Shown: positions 10,062 to 19,655 of the stretch, in pieces
Numbering within the stretch: position 1 is the stretch's first letter
Layout of the letters: each line of letters starts with the position of its first letter
NCBI GenBank assembly: GCA_963422525.1
Contig: OY730226.1
Span: 1,624,524-1,688,523 of the forward strand
Direction of reading: 5' to 3'
Length of the DNA: 64,000 bases
Source of the DNA: Dehalococcoidia bacterium
GTDB taxonomy: Bacteria; Chloroflexota; Dehalococcoidia; Lucifugimonadales; JADFKI01
Translations under genes and position numbers: made by a program
The notes under the pieces: model-generated
Told to the model about the DNA's origin: nothing
Database searches by the model: none
What the model saw: the letters and a program-made list of their open reading frames with translations, nothing else

Positions 10062-10082
10062 CATGGCAGGGTAGGGCAGTCG

Positions 10083-11234
10083 CTACTCGCCGCCGAACAC
10101 TTGGACACCCACCTTCAGCAGGCGCATCACCTGTTCGGTAGCGTTGGCGATGAGTTCGTCAGCTCGCCGCGAAGCCTCGTCCAGTGCCATAGGCCCCGGC
10201 GTGATTGCCGCAAGCGCGTCAATGCCGTATCCATGCACATCTTGAAACCCGGCGCCCAGCGAGCCACTGATGCCGACGACCGGGATGCCCAGTCTCTTAG
10301 CGCGTTCGGCGACGCCCACCGGCGCTTTGTTGTAGATAGTAGAGTGATCCATACTGCCTTCGCCCGTGATAACAAGGTCGCAGTCGGTCAAGTAATCGTC
10401 CAGACGCACCGTGTCTAGCACGATGTCAACGCCTGCCCGAAGCTGTCCGTCCACGAACGCGATCAGCCCGCCGCCAAGACCGCCTGCAGCGCCCGAGCCT
10501 GCTACCTCGCTGATTTCAACGCCAATGTCACGCTTCACCACGGTTGCAAAGTGTGTCAGCGCTGCGTCCAGCGCCTCAATCATCTGCGGCGTAGCGCCCT
10601 TCTGCGGTCCGTAGATAGCCGACGCGCCGGTCGAGCCTGTGAGTGGATTGTTGACATCACAAGCCACCAAAAACTCGCACTCATCCACGCGTCCGTCCAG
10701 TCCGGACATATCAATGGAATCGAGTTCTGCGAGCGCCGCGCCGCCAAACGCCAGCTCGTTGCCACCACCGTCAAGCAGCCTGACACCCAGCGCCTGCGCC
10801 ATACCCGCCCCGGCGTCATTTGTCGCGCTGCCGCCTATGCCGATGATGAAGCGCCGGTAGCCCAGCTCCATCGCATGCCGTATTGCCTCGCCCAGCCCGT
10901 ATGTTGTTGTAATCAGCGGATCGCGCTTATCGGCGGGTACAAGAGCAAGCCCGGAAGTGCGCGCCATCTCGATGACAGCCGTGTCGCCGTCACCCATCGC
11001 CCCCCACTGCGCCGGCCGCCGCTCTCCAAGCGGCCCCGTAATCTCAAGTTCATGAATCTGCCCGCCGGAGCCTTCGACCACCGTCTCAAGCGTGCCATCG
11101 CCGCCATCCGCCACCGGAACGAGCGTGACCTCCGCACTCGGTACGATGCGCTCGACGCCCTCACGCATTGCCAGCGCCGCATCCAGCGCCGATATGCTGC
11201 CCTTAAACGCCTGTGGCGCAATCACAATCTTCAT
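10083..11234 (-). CDS. glycerate kinase
   Basis: MKIVIAPQAFKGSISALDAALAM...PVADGGDGT...ITGEGSMDHSTIYNKAP, the typical glycerate kinase family pattern. Confidence 0.9.
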   Translation of the reverse strand: MKIVIAPQAFKGSISALDAALAMREGVERIVPSAEVTLVPVADGGDGTLETVVEGSGGQIHELEITGPLGERRPAQWGAMGDGDTAVIEMARTSGLALVPADKRDPLITTTYGLGEAIRHAMELGYRRFIIGIGGSATNDAGAGMAQALGVRLLDGGGNELAFGGAALAELDSIDMSGLDGRVDECEFLVACDVNNPLTGSTGASAIYGPQKGATPQMIEALDAALTHFATVVKRDIGVEISEVAGSGAAGGLGGGLIAFVDGQLRAGVDIVLDTVRLDDYLTDCDLVITGEGSMDHSTIYNKAPVGVAERAKRLGIPVVGISGSLGAGFQDVHGYGIDALAAITPGPMALDEASRRADELIANATEQVMRLLKVGVQVFGGE

Positions 11235-11779
11235 AATGCCGAATTATACCACCGTCTTGCCCCGACCGCATTCAAAGCCGTCGAGCGCCGATCAACCACC
11301 CGGCAGGGTAGGGGAGTGGCAGTACTGCGCACCCTTTCAACGCCTATTTGAAAATTCAGGCGCTCCGATACATCTTGGTATCTGCGTATGCGCTACTGAC
11401 TTGAATGTATGTTCTTAGAGCGGACAAGTTTTATCATCGAGCAAACGGACATCGCACTGAGCGCTACCGGTGGTGCGGCAGGGTGTTCATTCACAATTAC
11501 CGGCAGTCGCATGTTTACACTAGAGTCGTTGTTCATTTTCGGTGGCGCCGTCTTCTATGGAATCCGGTGTGGCATATTGGAAGGCAACCTGAAATCATAG
11601 AGATGCTGAGAATGGCGAGCCGCAACACTAGTGAGATTTCCAAGTGCATCCATCGCGTCCCACCTGCACATTGATGCCAGTCCCCATCAATTCTCAACGC
11701 ATCCACATTAATATATTGAAATATTTGTAATCGCCGCAAAACCGTCCAGAATTACCCCGAAACATTGCGTATTAGCGCC

Positions 11780-11806
11780 TTGACTATATTTACATATTGA
11801 TATAAT
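11780..11806 (+). promoter_or_regulatory. sigma70-like promoter (TTGACT, 15-nt spacer, TATAAT) directly abutting the antitoxin ATG
   Basis: -35 at 11780-11785 and -10 at 11801-11806. The ATG at 11815 is only 8 nt after the -10 and has no SD, which implies a leaderless or near-leaderless mRNA. The AT-rich surroundings contain CATAT/ATATG symmetry. Confidence 0.55.
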
Positions 11807-11814
11807 CTGCATAT

Positions 11815-12309
11815 ATGCCTAGAACACGGGAGCATTCACAGCCCACAAGACAATTATACGCCTCCATTCGCGAGGACATTTACTTGGCGGCCAAGACGCG
11901 CGCTGCCGAGTTGCGCGTACCGATGCGCCGCTTCATTGAGGAGGCGCTGGAGAGCGCTGTTAATCCCGATAGCGCTGCGTTCACAGCATCTATGGATGCT
12001 GCCGCCGCGCCCGAGCCTGTGCCGTCGTCCATCTGGGATGATCCGTACATCGACGCGCAAGCGCACCAGCCTTTGGGTTCGCCCCTAGGCCTATCTGAAG
12101 ACGAAGCTCGCCGCGTCGCTCTTGGAGCATTTGGCGCGTCAATTGAGACCGAGGAGCCTATCAGCTCCAGCAGAAGGCGGCGCCTCAAACATCGGGCGTA
12201 TGGCGATGTGGGCGATCCCGTTGATCTTTCGGATGAGGGCGCCGCCCAATTCCTCCGCGATGCGCTCGCATTCGGCGCATTCGACAGTAGCGAGGCGCGC
12301 AATGGCTGA
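11815..12309 (+). CDS. ribbon-helix-helix (CopG/Arc-like) antitoxin with a long low-complexity C-terminal extension
   Basis: The N-terminus RQLYASIREDIYLAAKTRAAELRVPMRRFIEEALESAV fits the RHH beta-alpha-alpha pattern. It overlaps the PIN gene by 8 nt (ATGGCTGA). Confidence 0.6.
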   Translation: MPRTREHSQPTRQLYASIREDIYLAAKTRAAELRVPMRRFIEEALESAVNPDSAAFTASMDAAAAPEPVPSSIWDDPYIDAQAHQPLGSPLGLSEDEARRVALGAFGASIETEEPISSSRRRRLKHRAYGDVGDPVDLSDEGAAQFLRDALAFGAFDSSEARNG

Positions 12310-12691
12310 TATGCTTCTAGACGCCACAGTCTTTGATGACCTCCGCAGAGGCGACTCGAATGCGCGCGAACTCATCGAGTCCATACTAGACGGCAAGGTC
12401 GAAGCCGCCGTCTCGCCGATGACCGTGTGCGAGCTATGGCGCCGCGACGATATTGACAGACAGATAGAAATTGGCTTTCTCAGCGTTCTGCGATTTGTCG
12501 AGGAAGTCTCTCCTAACATAGACACTGCGAGGACGGCAGGTTTATGGCTTGCCAATTACACGGAAGATGGCCGCCGCGATGCCGCTTATGTCAGCCTGGT
12601 CGCAGCCACGGCTAAGCAGCTCAACATTCCGGTCTGCACGCGCGACGCGGAAGCCTTCGAACGGTTCGGCGTAGAAACCATCGACTACTAG
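12302..12691 (+). CDS. vapC: PIN-domain toxin (VapC-like ribonuclease)
   Basis: MADMLLDATVFDDLRRGD...SPMTVCELW...AAYVSLVAATAKQLNIPVCTRDAEAF shows the acidic residue pattern of PIN domains (D at the N-terminus, E, a late D). I placed the start at ATG 12302 within track ORF 12122..12691. Confidence 0.8.
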   Translation: MADMLLDATVFDDLRRGDSNARELIESILDGKVEAAVSPMTVCELWRRDDIDRQIEIGFLSVLRFVEEVSPNIDTARTAGLWLANYTEDGRRDAAYVSLVAATAKQLNIPVCTRDAEAFERFGVETIDY

Positions 12692-13009
12692 CCTCAACTT
12701 TTCTATATCAAACCAAGACGCAAAGAAACCCATTCTAATTCTTAATATAGACTACCGCCAATGGAAGATGTAATCTTCCTTAGCTGTGTTGTTGAATTCT
12801 TCATAAACCTAACTTAATCGGCAATGGCGCTAATGTCTCCCCTTGCACGCCGGCAATACGCTCCCCTAGCAGCGGCGGCGCGATTGCGAAGTGTCCCCCT
12901 TGCGCGCCGGCAATACCACGGTTACCATTGAGATTGGGTAGTGCGGGCTGAACAGCCCGTTCCTGTCATTACCTCCGCGTTATGACAGCCTGGGAGCCAC
13001 TATCAATCA

Positions 13010-14374
13010 ATGAGACACATCATCGCGCTCGCGTTCATTGCTATCGGCTTTGGTGGCTTTCTGGCGCTCCGGATCGTCGGGGGCGCAGAGGCGGCTGGCG
13101 GCGCGGCGCACTTGCTCGTTATAGACGACGCCATTACACCACTGGAAGCCAATCGTCTCTCCGGTGTAATTGAGGACGCCGAGACCGCCGGAGCGCAGCT
13201 GCTGATAGTGCAATTGAGCACTCCCGGCGGCATGCTCGACTCCACACGCAATATGGTGGAGGACATCTTTGAGTCGCGACTGCCTGTTGTGGTGTATGTG
13301 TCTCCACCCGGCGCGCGCGCCGCCTCTGCCGGCACATTCATCGCCGCCGCCGCCCACATTGCAGCCATGGCGCCGGCGACCAACATCGGCGCGGCATCGC
13401 CGGTCGGAGCGGGCGGCGAGGACCTGCCCGATACGATAAAGTCGAAAGCGACTCAGGATGCCGCCGCATTCCTGCGGAGCATCGCGGCGCAGCGTAACCG
13501 CAATGCCGACGCCCTTCAGGACACCGTCCTCAATGCCGCATCATACACAGCGGATGAGGCGCTTGAGTTGCAGGTTGTTGACTTGAAGGCGGAGAACATC
13601 AATGATTTGCTACGGCAACTTAACGGCATGAGCGTTGAGGTGGGCGGAGAAAGCCTGGTTTTGGATACCGAAGGCATCGCCTTGACCGCCATCGAACGGA
13701 CGAATGTGCAGCGCTTCCTGCGCTTCCTTGCCAACCCGAACATCGCCTTCCTGCTGTTGACTATAGGCGGCATCGGCATCGTCATAGAGCTTTTCAGTCC
13801 GGGATTGATTGGTCCCGGCGCTGTTGGCATTATAGCGTTGGCGCTGGCATTCCTAGCATTCGGCAGCCTGCCCGTGAACTGGGTTGGCGTCGGCTTGATA
13901 CTGCTGGCTATGGCGCTATTCTACCTGGAGGCGCAGGCGCCGGGCATCGGCATCTTCGGCGTCAGCGGCGCAGTAGCCTTCGTGGTCGGCGCATTCTTGC
14001 TGTTCGGAAACCTCAGCTTTTCACCGAGCGCGCCACCTCTGCCCGACGCTCCCAGCTTCGCCATAAGCCTATGGATTATCGGTGGCGTCACCGCGCTGCT
14101 GTTCGCATCCATGTTGATAACGCTCAGAGCGGTGCGCCAAGCGAAGATCACGCCCGAGTACAAAGTCCCTCACGATCCATCAAACTTGATAGGCATGCAG
14201 GGCAATGTGACGAGCGACCTTAATCCGTCAGGCACAGTGCAGGTCGCCGGTGAGCAGTGGAGCGCAATCTCGGACTCCGGCGCTCATCTGCTTCGCGGCG
14301 AAAGTGTTATAGTAGGGGAAGTAGAGGGCCTCGTCCTCAAGGTGTTCAAGGACGACATTGCATCACAGTTGTAG
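13010..14374 (+). CDS. nfeD: NfeD-family membrane-bound ClpP-class serine protease
   Basis: An N-terminal ClpP-like domain (LVIDDAITP...LSTPGGMLDSTRNMV...ARAASAGTFIAAAAHIAAMAP), central TM helices and a C-terminal NfeD OB-fold (GTVQVAGEQWSAISD). It lies upstream of an SPFH gene. Confidence 0.85.
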   Translation: MRHIIALAFIAIGFGGFLALRIVGGAEAAGGAAHLLVIDDAITPLEANRLSGVIEDAETAGAQLLIVQLSTPGGMLDSTRNMVEDIFESRLPVVVYVSPPGARAASAGTFIAAAAHIAAMAPATNIGAASPVGAGGEDLPDTIKSKATQDAAAFLRSIAAQRNRNADALQDTVLNAASYTADEALELQVVDLKAENINDLLRQLNGMSVEVGGESLVLDTEGIALTAIERTNVQRFLRFLANPNIAFLLLTIGGIGIVIELFSPGLIGPGAVGIIALALAFLAFGSLPVNWVGVGLILLAMALFYLEAQAPGIGIFGVSGAVAFVVGAFLLFGNLSFSPSAPPLPDAPSFAISLWIIGGVTALLFASMLITLRAVRQAKITPEYKVPHDPSNLIGMQGNVTSDLNPSGTVQVAGEQWSAISDSGAHLLRGESVIVGEVEGLVLKVFKDDIASQL

Positions 14375-14397
14375 AAATGAACTCTAGGAGTGAACCG

Positions 14398-15264
14398 ATG
14401 ATTCCATATGTTAAGATAGTGCAGCAGTACCAGTTGTTAAGTGTATTCTGGCTGGGTAAGTTCGTCGGGTTGAAGCAACCGGGGCTGCAAGTTATGCTCT
14501 GGCCCTTTCATTCAACAGCGACTATTGACCTGCGGGAAGATGTGATAGACATTCCTAGACAGACCAACATTACCAGCGACAACGCGCCCATTGACATAGA
14601 TTTCCTGGTGTATTTGCGAGTGATGCCTCATGAAGCCCAGAAATCGGTGCTGGAAGTGGTGGACTACACCAGCGCGGTTATCGGCATTGCAACCACGACC
14701 TTGCGCGCAGTTATCGGTGAGATGGCGCTGGACGACGTGCTTTCGCAGCGTGAACGCATCAATGAGGAGCTTCGTTTGAAGCTGGACGAGATAACGGAGC
14801 GCTGGGGCATCAAGGTAACGCAGGTGGAGATACGGGAAATCGAGCCGCCGCGTGACATACAGGATGCGATGAATCGCCAGATGTCCGCAGAGCGCGTGCG
14901 CCGCGCCGCCATCATCGAGGCGGAGGGCACACGACAAGCTGCAATTACGGTCGCAGAGGGAGAAAAGCAGTCGGCTATTCTGAAGGCCGAGGGCGAAAGG
15001 CAGGCCGAAATTCTCTCAGCCGAAGGCGACCAGCAAGCCGCCGTCCTGCGCGCCGAAGGCTTCAGTGCCGCACTGGACAAGGTTTACGGCGTAGCGCAGA
15101 ACATCGACTCAAATACTCTGAGTTTGCAGTACTTCGAGACGCTTCAGAAGCTAGGCGAAAGCTCATCGACGAAGTTCATTTTCCCAATGGAATTCACCAG
15201 CCTGCTGCGCCCGTTCACCAGTGGTATTCGGGGTGGGTCTAGCAGCGACGCTGCCGCAGACTAA
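14398..15264 (+). CDS. SPFH/band-7 (stomatin-like) protein
   Basis: RQTNITSDNAPIDIDFLVYLRV..., ERWGIKVTQVEIREIEPP and AEGERQAEILSAEG repeats. I placed the start at ATG 14398, with AGGAG 8 nt upstream. The track start at 14257 overlaps nfeD. Confidence 0.9.
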   Translation: MIPYVKIVQQYQLLSVFWLGKFVGLKQPGLQVMLWPFHSTATIDLREDVIDIPRQTNITSDNAPIDIDFLVYLRVMPHEAQKSVLEVVDYTSAVIGIATTTLRAVIGEMALDDVLSQRERINEELRLKLDEITERWGIKVTQVEIREIEPPRDIQDAMNRQMSAERVRRAAIIEAEGTRQAAITVAEGEKQSAILKAEGERQAEILSAEGDQQAAVLRAEGFSAALDKVYGVAQNIDSNTLSLQYFETLQKLGESSSTKFIFPMEFTSLLRPFTSGIRGGSSSDAAAD

Positions 15265-15287
15265 CGGCGCGCTCACGCCGCAGGCGG

Positions 15288-17180
15288 CTACATATAGTCT
15301 TTGACCTTGCGCGCAAGAGTGAGCGTCATGCCTGGCACGGATGCGACCTCTTCCAGCGATGCGTTGCTGATGCCTCGCAGCGAGCCGAACTTGCGTATGA
15401 GCATCCGCTTGCGCTTTGGCCCTATGCCGGGCACCAGGTCAAGCGAGGAGCGCACGCTCTTCTTTGAGCGCCGTTCGCGGTGAAAGGTGATGGCGAAGCG
15501 ATGCGCCTCGTCGCGAGCGCGCTGTACCAGATACAGCCCCTGCGAGTTGCGCGGTAGTATTATGCCTTCGCTCATCATCGGGATGAACAGCTCCTCATTC
15601 TCCTTCGCAAGGCTTGCGAGCGGGATGTCGTTGATGCCAAGTTCCAGGAATACCTGCAGCGCTGCGCCTAGGTGCCCCTTGCCTCCATCTATTAGCACTA
15701 AGTCAGGCTCGATGCCCCAAGCGCTCTTGCGGGGGCCCGCGTTGCCGTTCGACGATGAGGGGGTAATTGCGTCGCCATCTGCGTCCGTTTCGCGTGGGCG
15801 TCTCGACTGCGCCAGCCGCTTGAATCGGCGTGTCAGCATCTCGCGCATCATGGAGTAGTCGTCGACGCCTTCGACCGATTTTATCTCGAAGCGCCGATAG
15901 TGCGCCTTCTTGGGCTTGGCGTCCTCAAAGACGACCATGCTGCCGACAGCATTTGTGCCTTGGATGTTGGATATGTCGTAGCATTCGATGCGTTTGGGCG
16001 GGTAGGGCAGGCTCAGCGCCTCTTGCAACTCCGACATGGCGGCATCCATAGCAGCCGTGTCAGACATCTGCTTTACGCGCAACTGCTCAAGCCCTTGCGT
16101 CGCGTTCTCGGCGACCATCGCCACAAGGCGGCGCTTTTCGCCGCGCTGCGGCATGTACACTCGCACGCTGCCTTTGCGCTTCTCGCGAAGCCACTCGACG
16201 ATGCTATCAACTTCTTCGAGCGGGTATTGCACCAGTATTCGGGGCGGGACATATGGCGTAGCGTCGTAGAACTGCTTAACGAATGCGGTAAGAATCTGGG
16301 GTGGTTCGTAATGATGAGTGCCTGCCATCAGGAAGTTGTCGCGCCCGATGAGCTTGCCCTGTCGTATGAAGAACACCTCCACCCATGCCTCGCGGCTGCC
16401 CGGCGCGGTGGCAATCACATCCACATTCTCAGAGGTCAGGCGCAACACCTTCTGGCCTTCATTGACCTTCTCGATAGCAGTCAGCTGGTCACGCAGGACT
16501 GCCGCCTTCTCAAACTCTAGGCATTCGGCGGCATTGAGCATTCGCTTCCTGATGGAGCCTACGACCTTGCTCGTCTTGCCCTCCAAGAACAGGATAACTT
16601 GGTTGATGACCTCTGCGTACTCTTGTTTGTCAACGGCGCCGATGCAGGGGCCGTTGCAGCGGTGGATGTGGTAATCTAGGCACGGCCGAGCGTCGTTACC
16701 GGTGATAGTCTTGGTGCAGGAGCGGTAGGGGAAGAGCTTCTTGAGCAGGTTGAGGGTACGGCGAACACTGCCGGCGTTGGCAAAGGGGCCGAAGTAGCGC
16801 GAGCCGTCCTTGTTCACGCGCCGCGTGATATAGACCTGCGGGAAGTCCTCAGAGACATCAATCTTGATGAAGGGGTAGCTCTTGTCGTCTTTCAGGCGCG
16901 CATTGTATGGCGGCTGATGCTCCTTGATGAGGTTGCATTCGAGAATGAGCGCCTCCTGCTCGGATTCGGTGACGATGTACTCGTAGTCGTCAACTTTGCC
17001 GACCATGGCAGCAATCTTGCGCGGTAGGTTGGCGCTCGGCGTGAAGTATGAGCTGATGCGGCTACGGAGGCCTGCCGCCTTGCCGACATAGAGCACTTCT
17101 CCGGAGCTGTCGCGCATAAGGTACACACCCGGTTTCGCGGGCGTGGCTTTAAGGCGCTCAGTGAAGTCGGTATGTGGCAT
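15288..17180 (-). CDS. uvrC: excinuclease ABC subunit C
   Basis: GIY-YIG N-terminus (PGVYLMRDSSGEVLYVGKA), a UVR domain, an RNase H-like endonuclease domain and a C-terminal HhH2. Confidence 0.95.
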   Translation of the reverse strand: MPHTDFTERLKATPAKPGVYLMRDSSGEVLYVGKAAGLRSRISSYFTPSANLPRKIAAMVGKVDDYEYIVTESEQEALILECNLIKEHQPPYNARLKDDKSYPFIKIDVSEDFPQVYITRRVNKDGSRYFGPFANAGSVRRTLNLLKKLFPYRSCTKTITGNDARPCLDYHIHRCNGPCIGAVDKQEYAEVINQVILFLEGKTSKVVGSIRKRMLNAAECLEFEKAAVLRDQLTAIEKVNEGQKVLRLTSENVDVIATAPGSREAWVEVFFIRQGKLIGRDNFLMAGTHHYEPPQILTAFVKQFYDATPYVPPRILVQYPLEEVDSIVEWLREKRKGSVRVYMPQRGEKRRLVAMVAENATQGLEQLRVKQMSDTAAMDAAMSELQEALSLPYPPKRIECYDISNIQGTNAVGSMVVFEDAKPKKAHYRRFEIKSVEGVDDYSMMREMLTRRFKRLAQSRRPRETDADGDAITPSSSNGNAGPRKSAWGIEPDLVLIDGGKGHLGAALQVFLELGINDIPLASLAKENEELFIPMMSEGIILPRNSQGLYLVQRARDEAHRFAITFHRERRSKKSVRSSLDLVPGIGPKRKRMLIRKFGSLRGISNASLEEVASVPGMTLTLARKVKDYM

Positions 17181-17231
17181 GGTTTTCTTCCGAGGGCGTG
17201 GAGACGGCGCAGCAGTTGAGATTGCGCCGTA

Positions 17232-17588
17232 TTAGCCGAGCACGAAGGTTAGACCGACCAGGATGGCGGCAATCAGCGTTGTGATTATGCCGATTTGCCG
17301 CAGTTCGCGCCCCAAAAACCGCTGAACATTGGAGGGGCCGGCTTCGACGGCGCGGCGACGGGAGCGTACCGTTGCGCGGGCGGCGGACGGCGCAGTACTA
17401 GGGGGGGTGCGGGCGGCGACGGCTGCAGTTTGCCTAGTCGGCCGACTAGGCGCTGCGACACCGGCTTCACTTACGGCAGTTGGCTGGGTTGGGCCAGCCT
17501 GAAAATTCTGAGGAGCTGCCTTGCCCCGCCGCTTACGACGACTGAGGCGCGCCTGTCGTGAGGCTGCGCGTTGTGCTTTGCTTGGCAT
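17232..17588 (-). CDS. hypothetical basic protein with a C-terminal TM anchor
   Basis: An Arg/Ala/Pro-rich region followed by IGIITTLIAAILVGLTFVLG. I placed the start at ATG 17588, preceded by AGGAG. Confidence 0.45.
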   Translation of the reverse strand: MPSKAQRAASRQARLSRRKRRGKAAPQNFQAGPTQPTAVSEAGVAAPSRPTRQTAAVAARTPPSTAPSAARATVRSRRRAVEAGPSNVQRFLGRELRQIGIITTLIAAILVGLTFVLG

Positions 17589-17651
17589 TTGATTGACTCC
17601 TGTTCGGACTGAAACTTTCAAGGACGGTTACATTGCGTTGTAAAGTTACAC

Positions 17652-18575
17652 TTATCGCGCCCTTGGATGGGATTTGTCGTATTCGGTACGCACATGTTCG
17701 CTGGTGAGATGCGTATAGACCTGCGTAGTCGTGATGCTGGAGTGCCCCAGCAGTTCCTGGACATGCCGCAACGGAGCGCCGCCTTGCAGCAGGTGTGTGG
17801 CGAAGCTGTGGCGCAGCGTGTGGGGAGTAATTTTCTTTGTTATGCCTGCGCGCTTAGCATGCGCCTTTAGTATGAGCCAGAAACCTTGGCGGCTGAGGCC
17901 CTTGCCACGCCTATTGAGGAACAAAGAGCGTATGGATTCTTTCTTGACGAAATCAGGACGCGCCTCTTCGATGTAGCGTCGCAGCACGGCTATGGCGTTG
18001 GCATGAATGGGGATGACGCGCTCCTTGCCGCCCTTACCGAGGCAGCGTACGTTGCCCTGCTTCAAGTCGAGGTCGTCCAGGTCGAGCGATACCAGTTCGG
18101 TTACGCGCAGACCGCTTGCGTAGAGCAGCTCGAACATAGCGCAGTCGCGCATGCCGTCCGGCGTATGCTTGGCGGAGGCAGACACCAATAGGCTCTCAAC
18201 ATCCTCGACGCTCAGTGTATCGGGGAGGGAGCGGCCGATGCGCGGCGAGCTGATATTCGCGGCAGGATCGCGCGTTATGACGCCCTCGTCCAGAAGGAAG
18301 CCGAACAATGACTTACTGGAGGCGACCTTTCGGGCGCGCGTCGTATCCGAATATTCCAGGGCATGCAGATGCAACAGGTACTGCAACATAACGTTCTCGT
18401 CGACAAGCTGCCAGCTGCCAGTGTTGCCTTTGAAGTGGTTGTTAGATAGATATTCAATCAGTTGAACGAGGTCGCTCTTGTACGCTGCGAGTGTGTTCGG
18501 GGAGACGCCGCGCTCCACCGTCATATAGTCCAGAAAGCCGTCAACGCTGTTTTGCAATTCGCCAATTCGCTTCAT
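17652..18575 (-). CDS. xerD: tyrosine recombinase, XerD/XerC-type
   Basis: SAM-like N-domain (FLDYMTVERGVSPNTLAAYKSDL) and catalytic C-terminus (HTLRHSFATHLLQGGAPLRHVQELLGHSSITTTQVYTH). The XerD versus XerC assignment is tentative. Confidence 0.8.
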   Translation of the reverse strand: MKRIGELQNSVDGFLDYMTVERGVSPNTLAAYKSDLVQLIEYLSNNHFKGNTGSWQLVDENVMLQYLLHLHALEYSDTTRARKVASSKSLFGFLLDEGVITRDPAANISSPRIGRSLPDTLSVEDVESLLVSASAKHTPDGMRDCAMFELLYASGLRVTELVSLDLDDLDLKQGNVRCLGKGGKERVIPIHANAIAVLRRYIEEARPDFVKKESIRSLFLNRRGKGLSRQGFWLILKAHAKRAGITKKITPHTLRHSFATHLLQGGAPLRHVQELLGHSSITTTQVYTHLTSEHVRTEYDKSHPRAR

Positions 18576-18776
18576 TATCGTTCCAGATTTCTTTGTATTT
18601 TAGCACAATGACGACTGACCCGCCCGTGCGGTATTGTCTTGACACGGCAACCATACGCCGCTACTTTGTTCTTGCACCGTTCACGAAAAGGTGCAAAATC
18701 GTTAAACCGGGATGGCGCTCCAAGTCAAGCGCGCGTAACTAGCGTCAATTCAAACCAGTTGTAGGCGGTTGTATGT

Positions 18777-19655
18777 ATGATTGAAATCGATATTGGTCCC
18801 TTTATCATCTCATCGGGTTCGTTCTTGCTCAGCTGGCATGGTTTCTTCAGCTTCATTGCCGTTGCCAGTGCGGTCTATCTGGTGGGACGCTGGGCGCCGG
18901 CGAAGGGCATAGAGCCGGACGTCATCTATTCTACCGCAATCTGGGCGATACTCGGCGGCATAATTGGCGCGCGCCTCGTGCATGTCATAGACAACTTGGG
19001 CTTCTATCAGTACAACCTGTTGCAGATACTTTACATATGGAGCGGAGGCATCGGTATCTGGGGTGGAATACTGGGAGGGTTCATCGGCGGCGCGGGGTAT
19101 GCGCTGATAGCGAAGCATCCTGTTGGCGTCATAGCGGATTTGACAGCGCCTGCGCTGCTACTGGTGCAGTCGATAGGTCGGCTCGGGGATATAGTGAACG
19201 GTGAGCACTGCGCCAGAGCCGCCACAGAGTTCATCTTGGCGTTCAACTGGATTCGGCCGGAGAGCGACGCCCGTATCTGCTCTAACGGTGTGGGAGCGCC
19301 GGTGCAGCCGGTTATCGCATACGAGATGCTGTGGAACCTTGCGGCGTTGTTCATCATCTGGAAGCTGCGCGGCAGGCTACGGCCTGACGGAATGCTGTTC
19401 GCGCTGTACTTAGCGCTGTACTCGGTAGGGCGGTTCCTTGTTACCTTCTTGCGACAAGACAAGGTATGGACGCTGGGTTTGCAGGAGGCGCACTTCATCG
19501 CAATCCTCGTGCTGGTCATCACGGTGCCGCTGCTGGTCATCAAGGCGCGCCCGACGACTGCGGCGCAGCTCGCTACCGATGGAATGGACATTACGGAGCG
19601 GCGCACGCGCAGGCTGTCGCGGGCTGAGCGCAGGCGGCGTCAACGCGAAGAGTAG
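18777..19655 (+). CDS. lgt: prolipoprotein diacylglyceryl transferase
   Basis: SWHGFFSF..., GGIGIWGGILGG and GRLGDIVNGEH motifs, a multi-TM protein, with a basic C-terminal tail. Confidence 0.9.
   Translation: MIEIDIGPFIISSGSFLLSWHGFFSFIAVASAVYLVGRWAPAKGIEPDVIYSTAIWAILGGIIGARLVHVIDNLGFYQYNLLQILYIWSGGIGIWGGILGGFIGGAGYALIAKHPVGVIADLTAPALLLVQSIGRLGDIVNGEHCARAATEFILAFNWIRPESDARICSNGVGAPVQPVIAYEMLWNLAALFIIWKLRGRLRPDGMLFALYLALYSVGRFLVTFLRQDKVWTLGLQEAHFIAILVLVITVPLLVIKARPTTAAQLATDGMDITERRTRRLSRAERRRRQREE

Noticed and set aside
11405-11739. Small ORFs (63-89 aa) in the AT-rich gap between glycerate kinase and the TA module.
   Set aside because: They have no SD-like sequence, show odd composition, overlap each other in several frames and have no recognisable motif. 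I cannot rule out a small gene or sRNA.
17652-18575. A tyrosine recombinase that could mark an integrated mobile element.
   Set aside because: Its sequence and size fit the chromosomal XerC/D dimer-resolution recombinases. The flanks are housekeeping genes (uvrC, lgt). I saw no adjacent tRNA, direct repeats or cargo genes.
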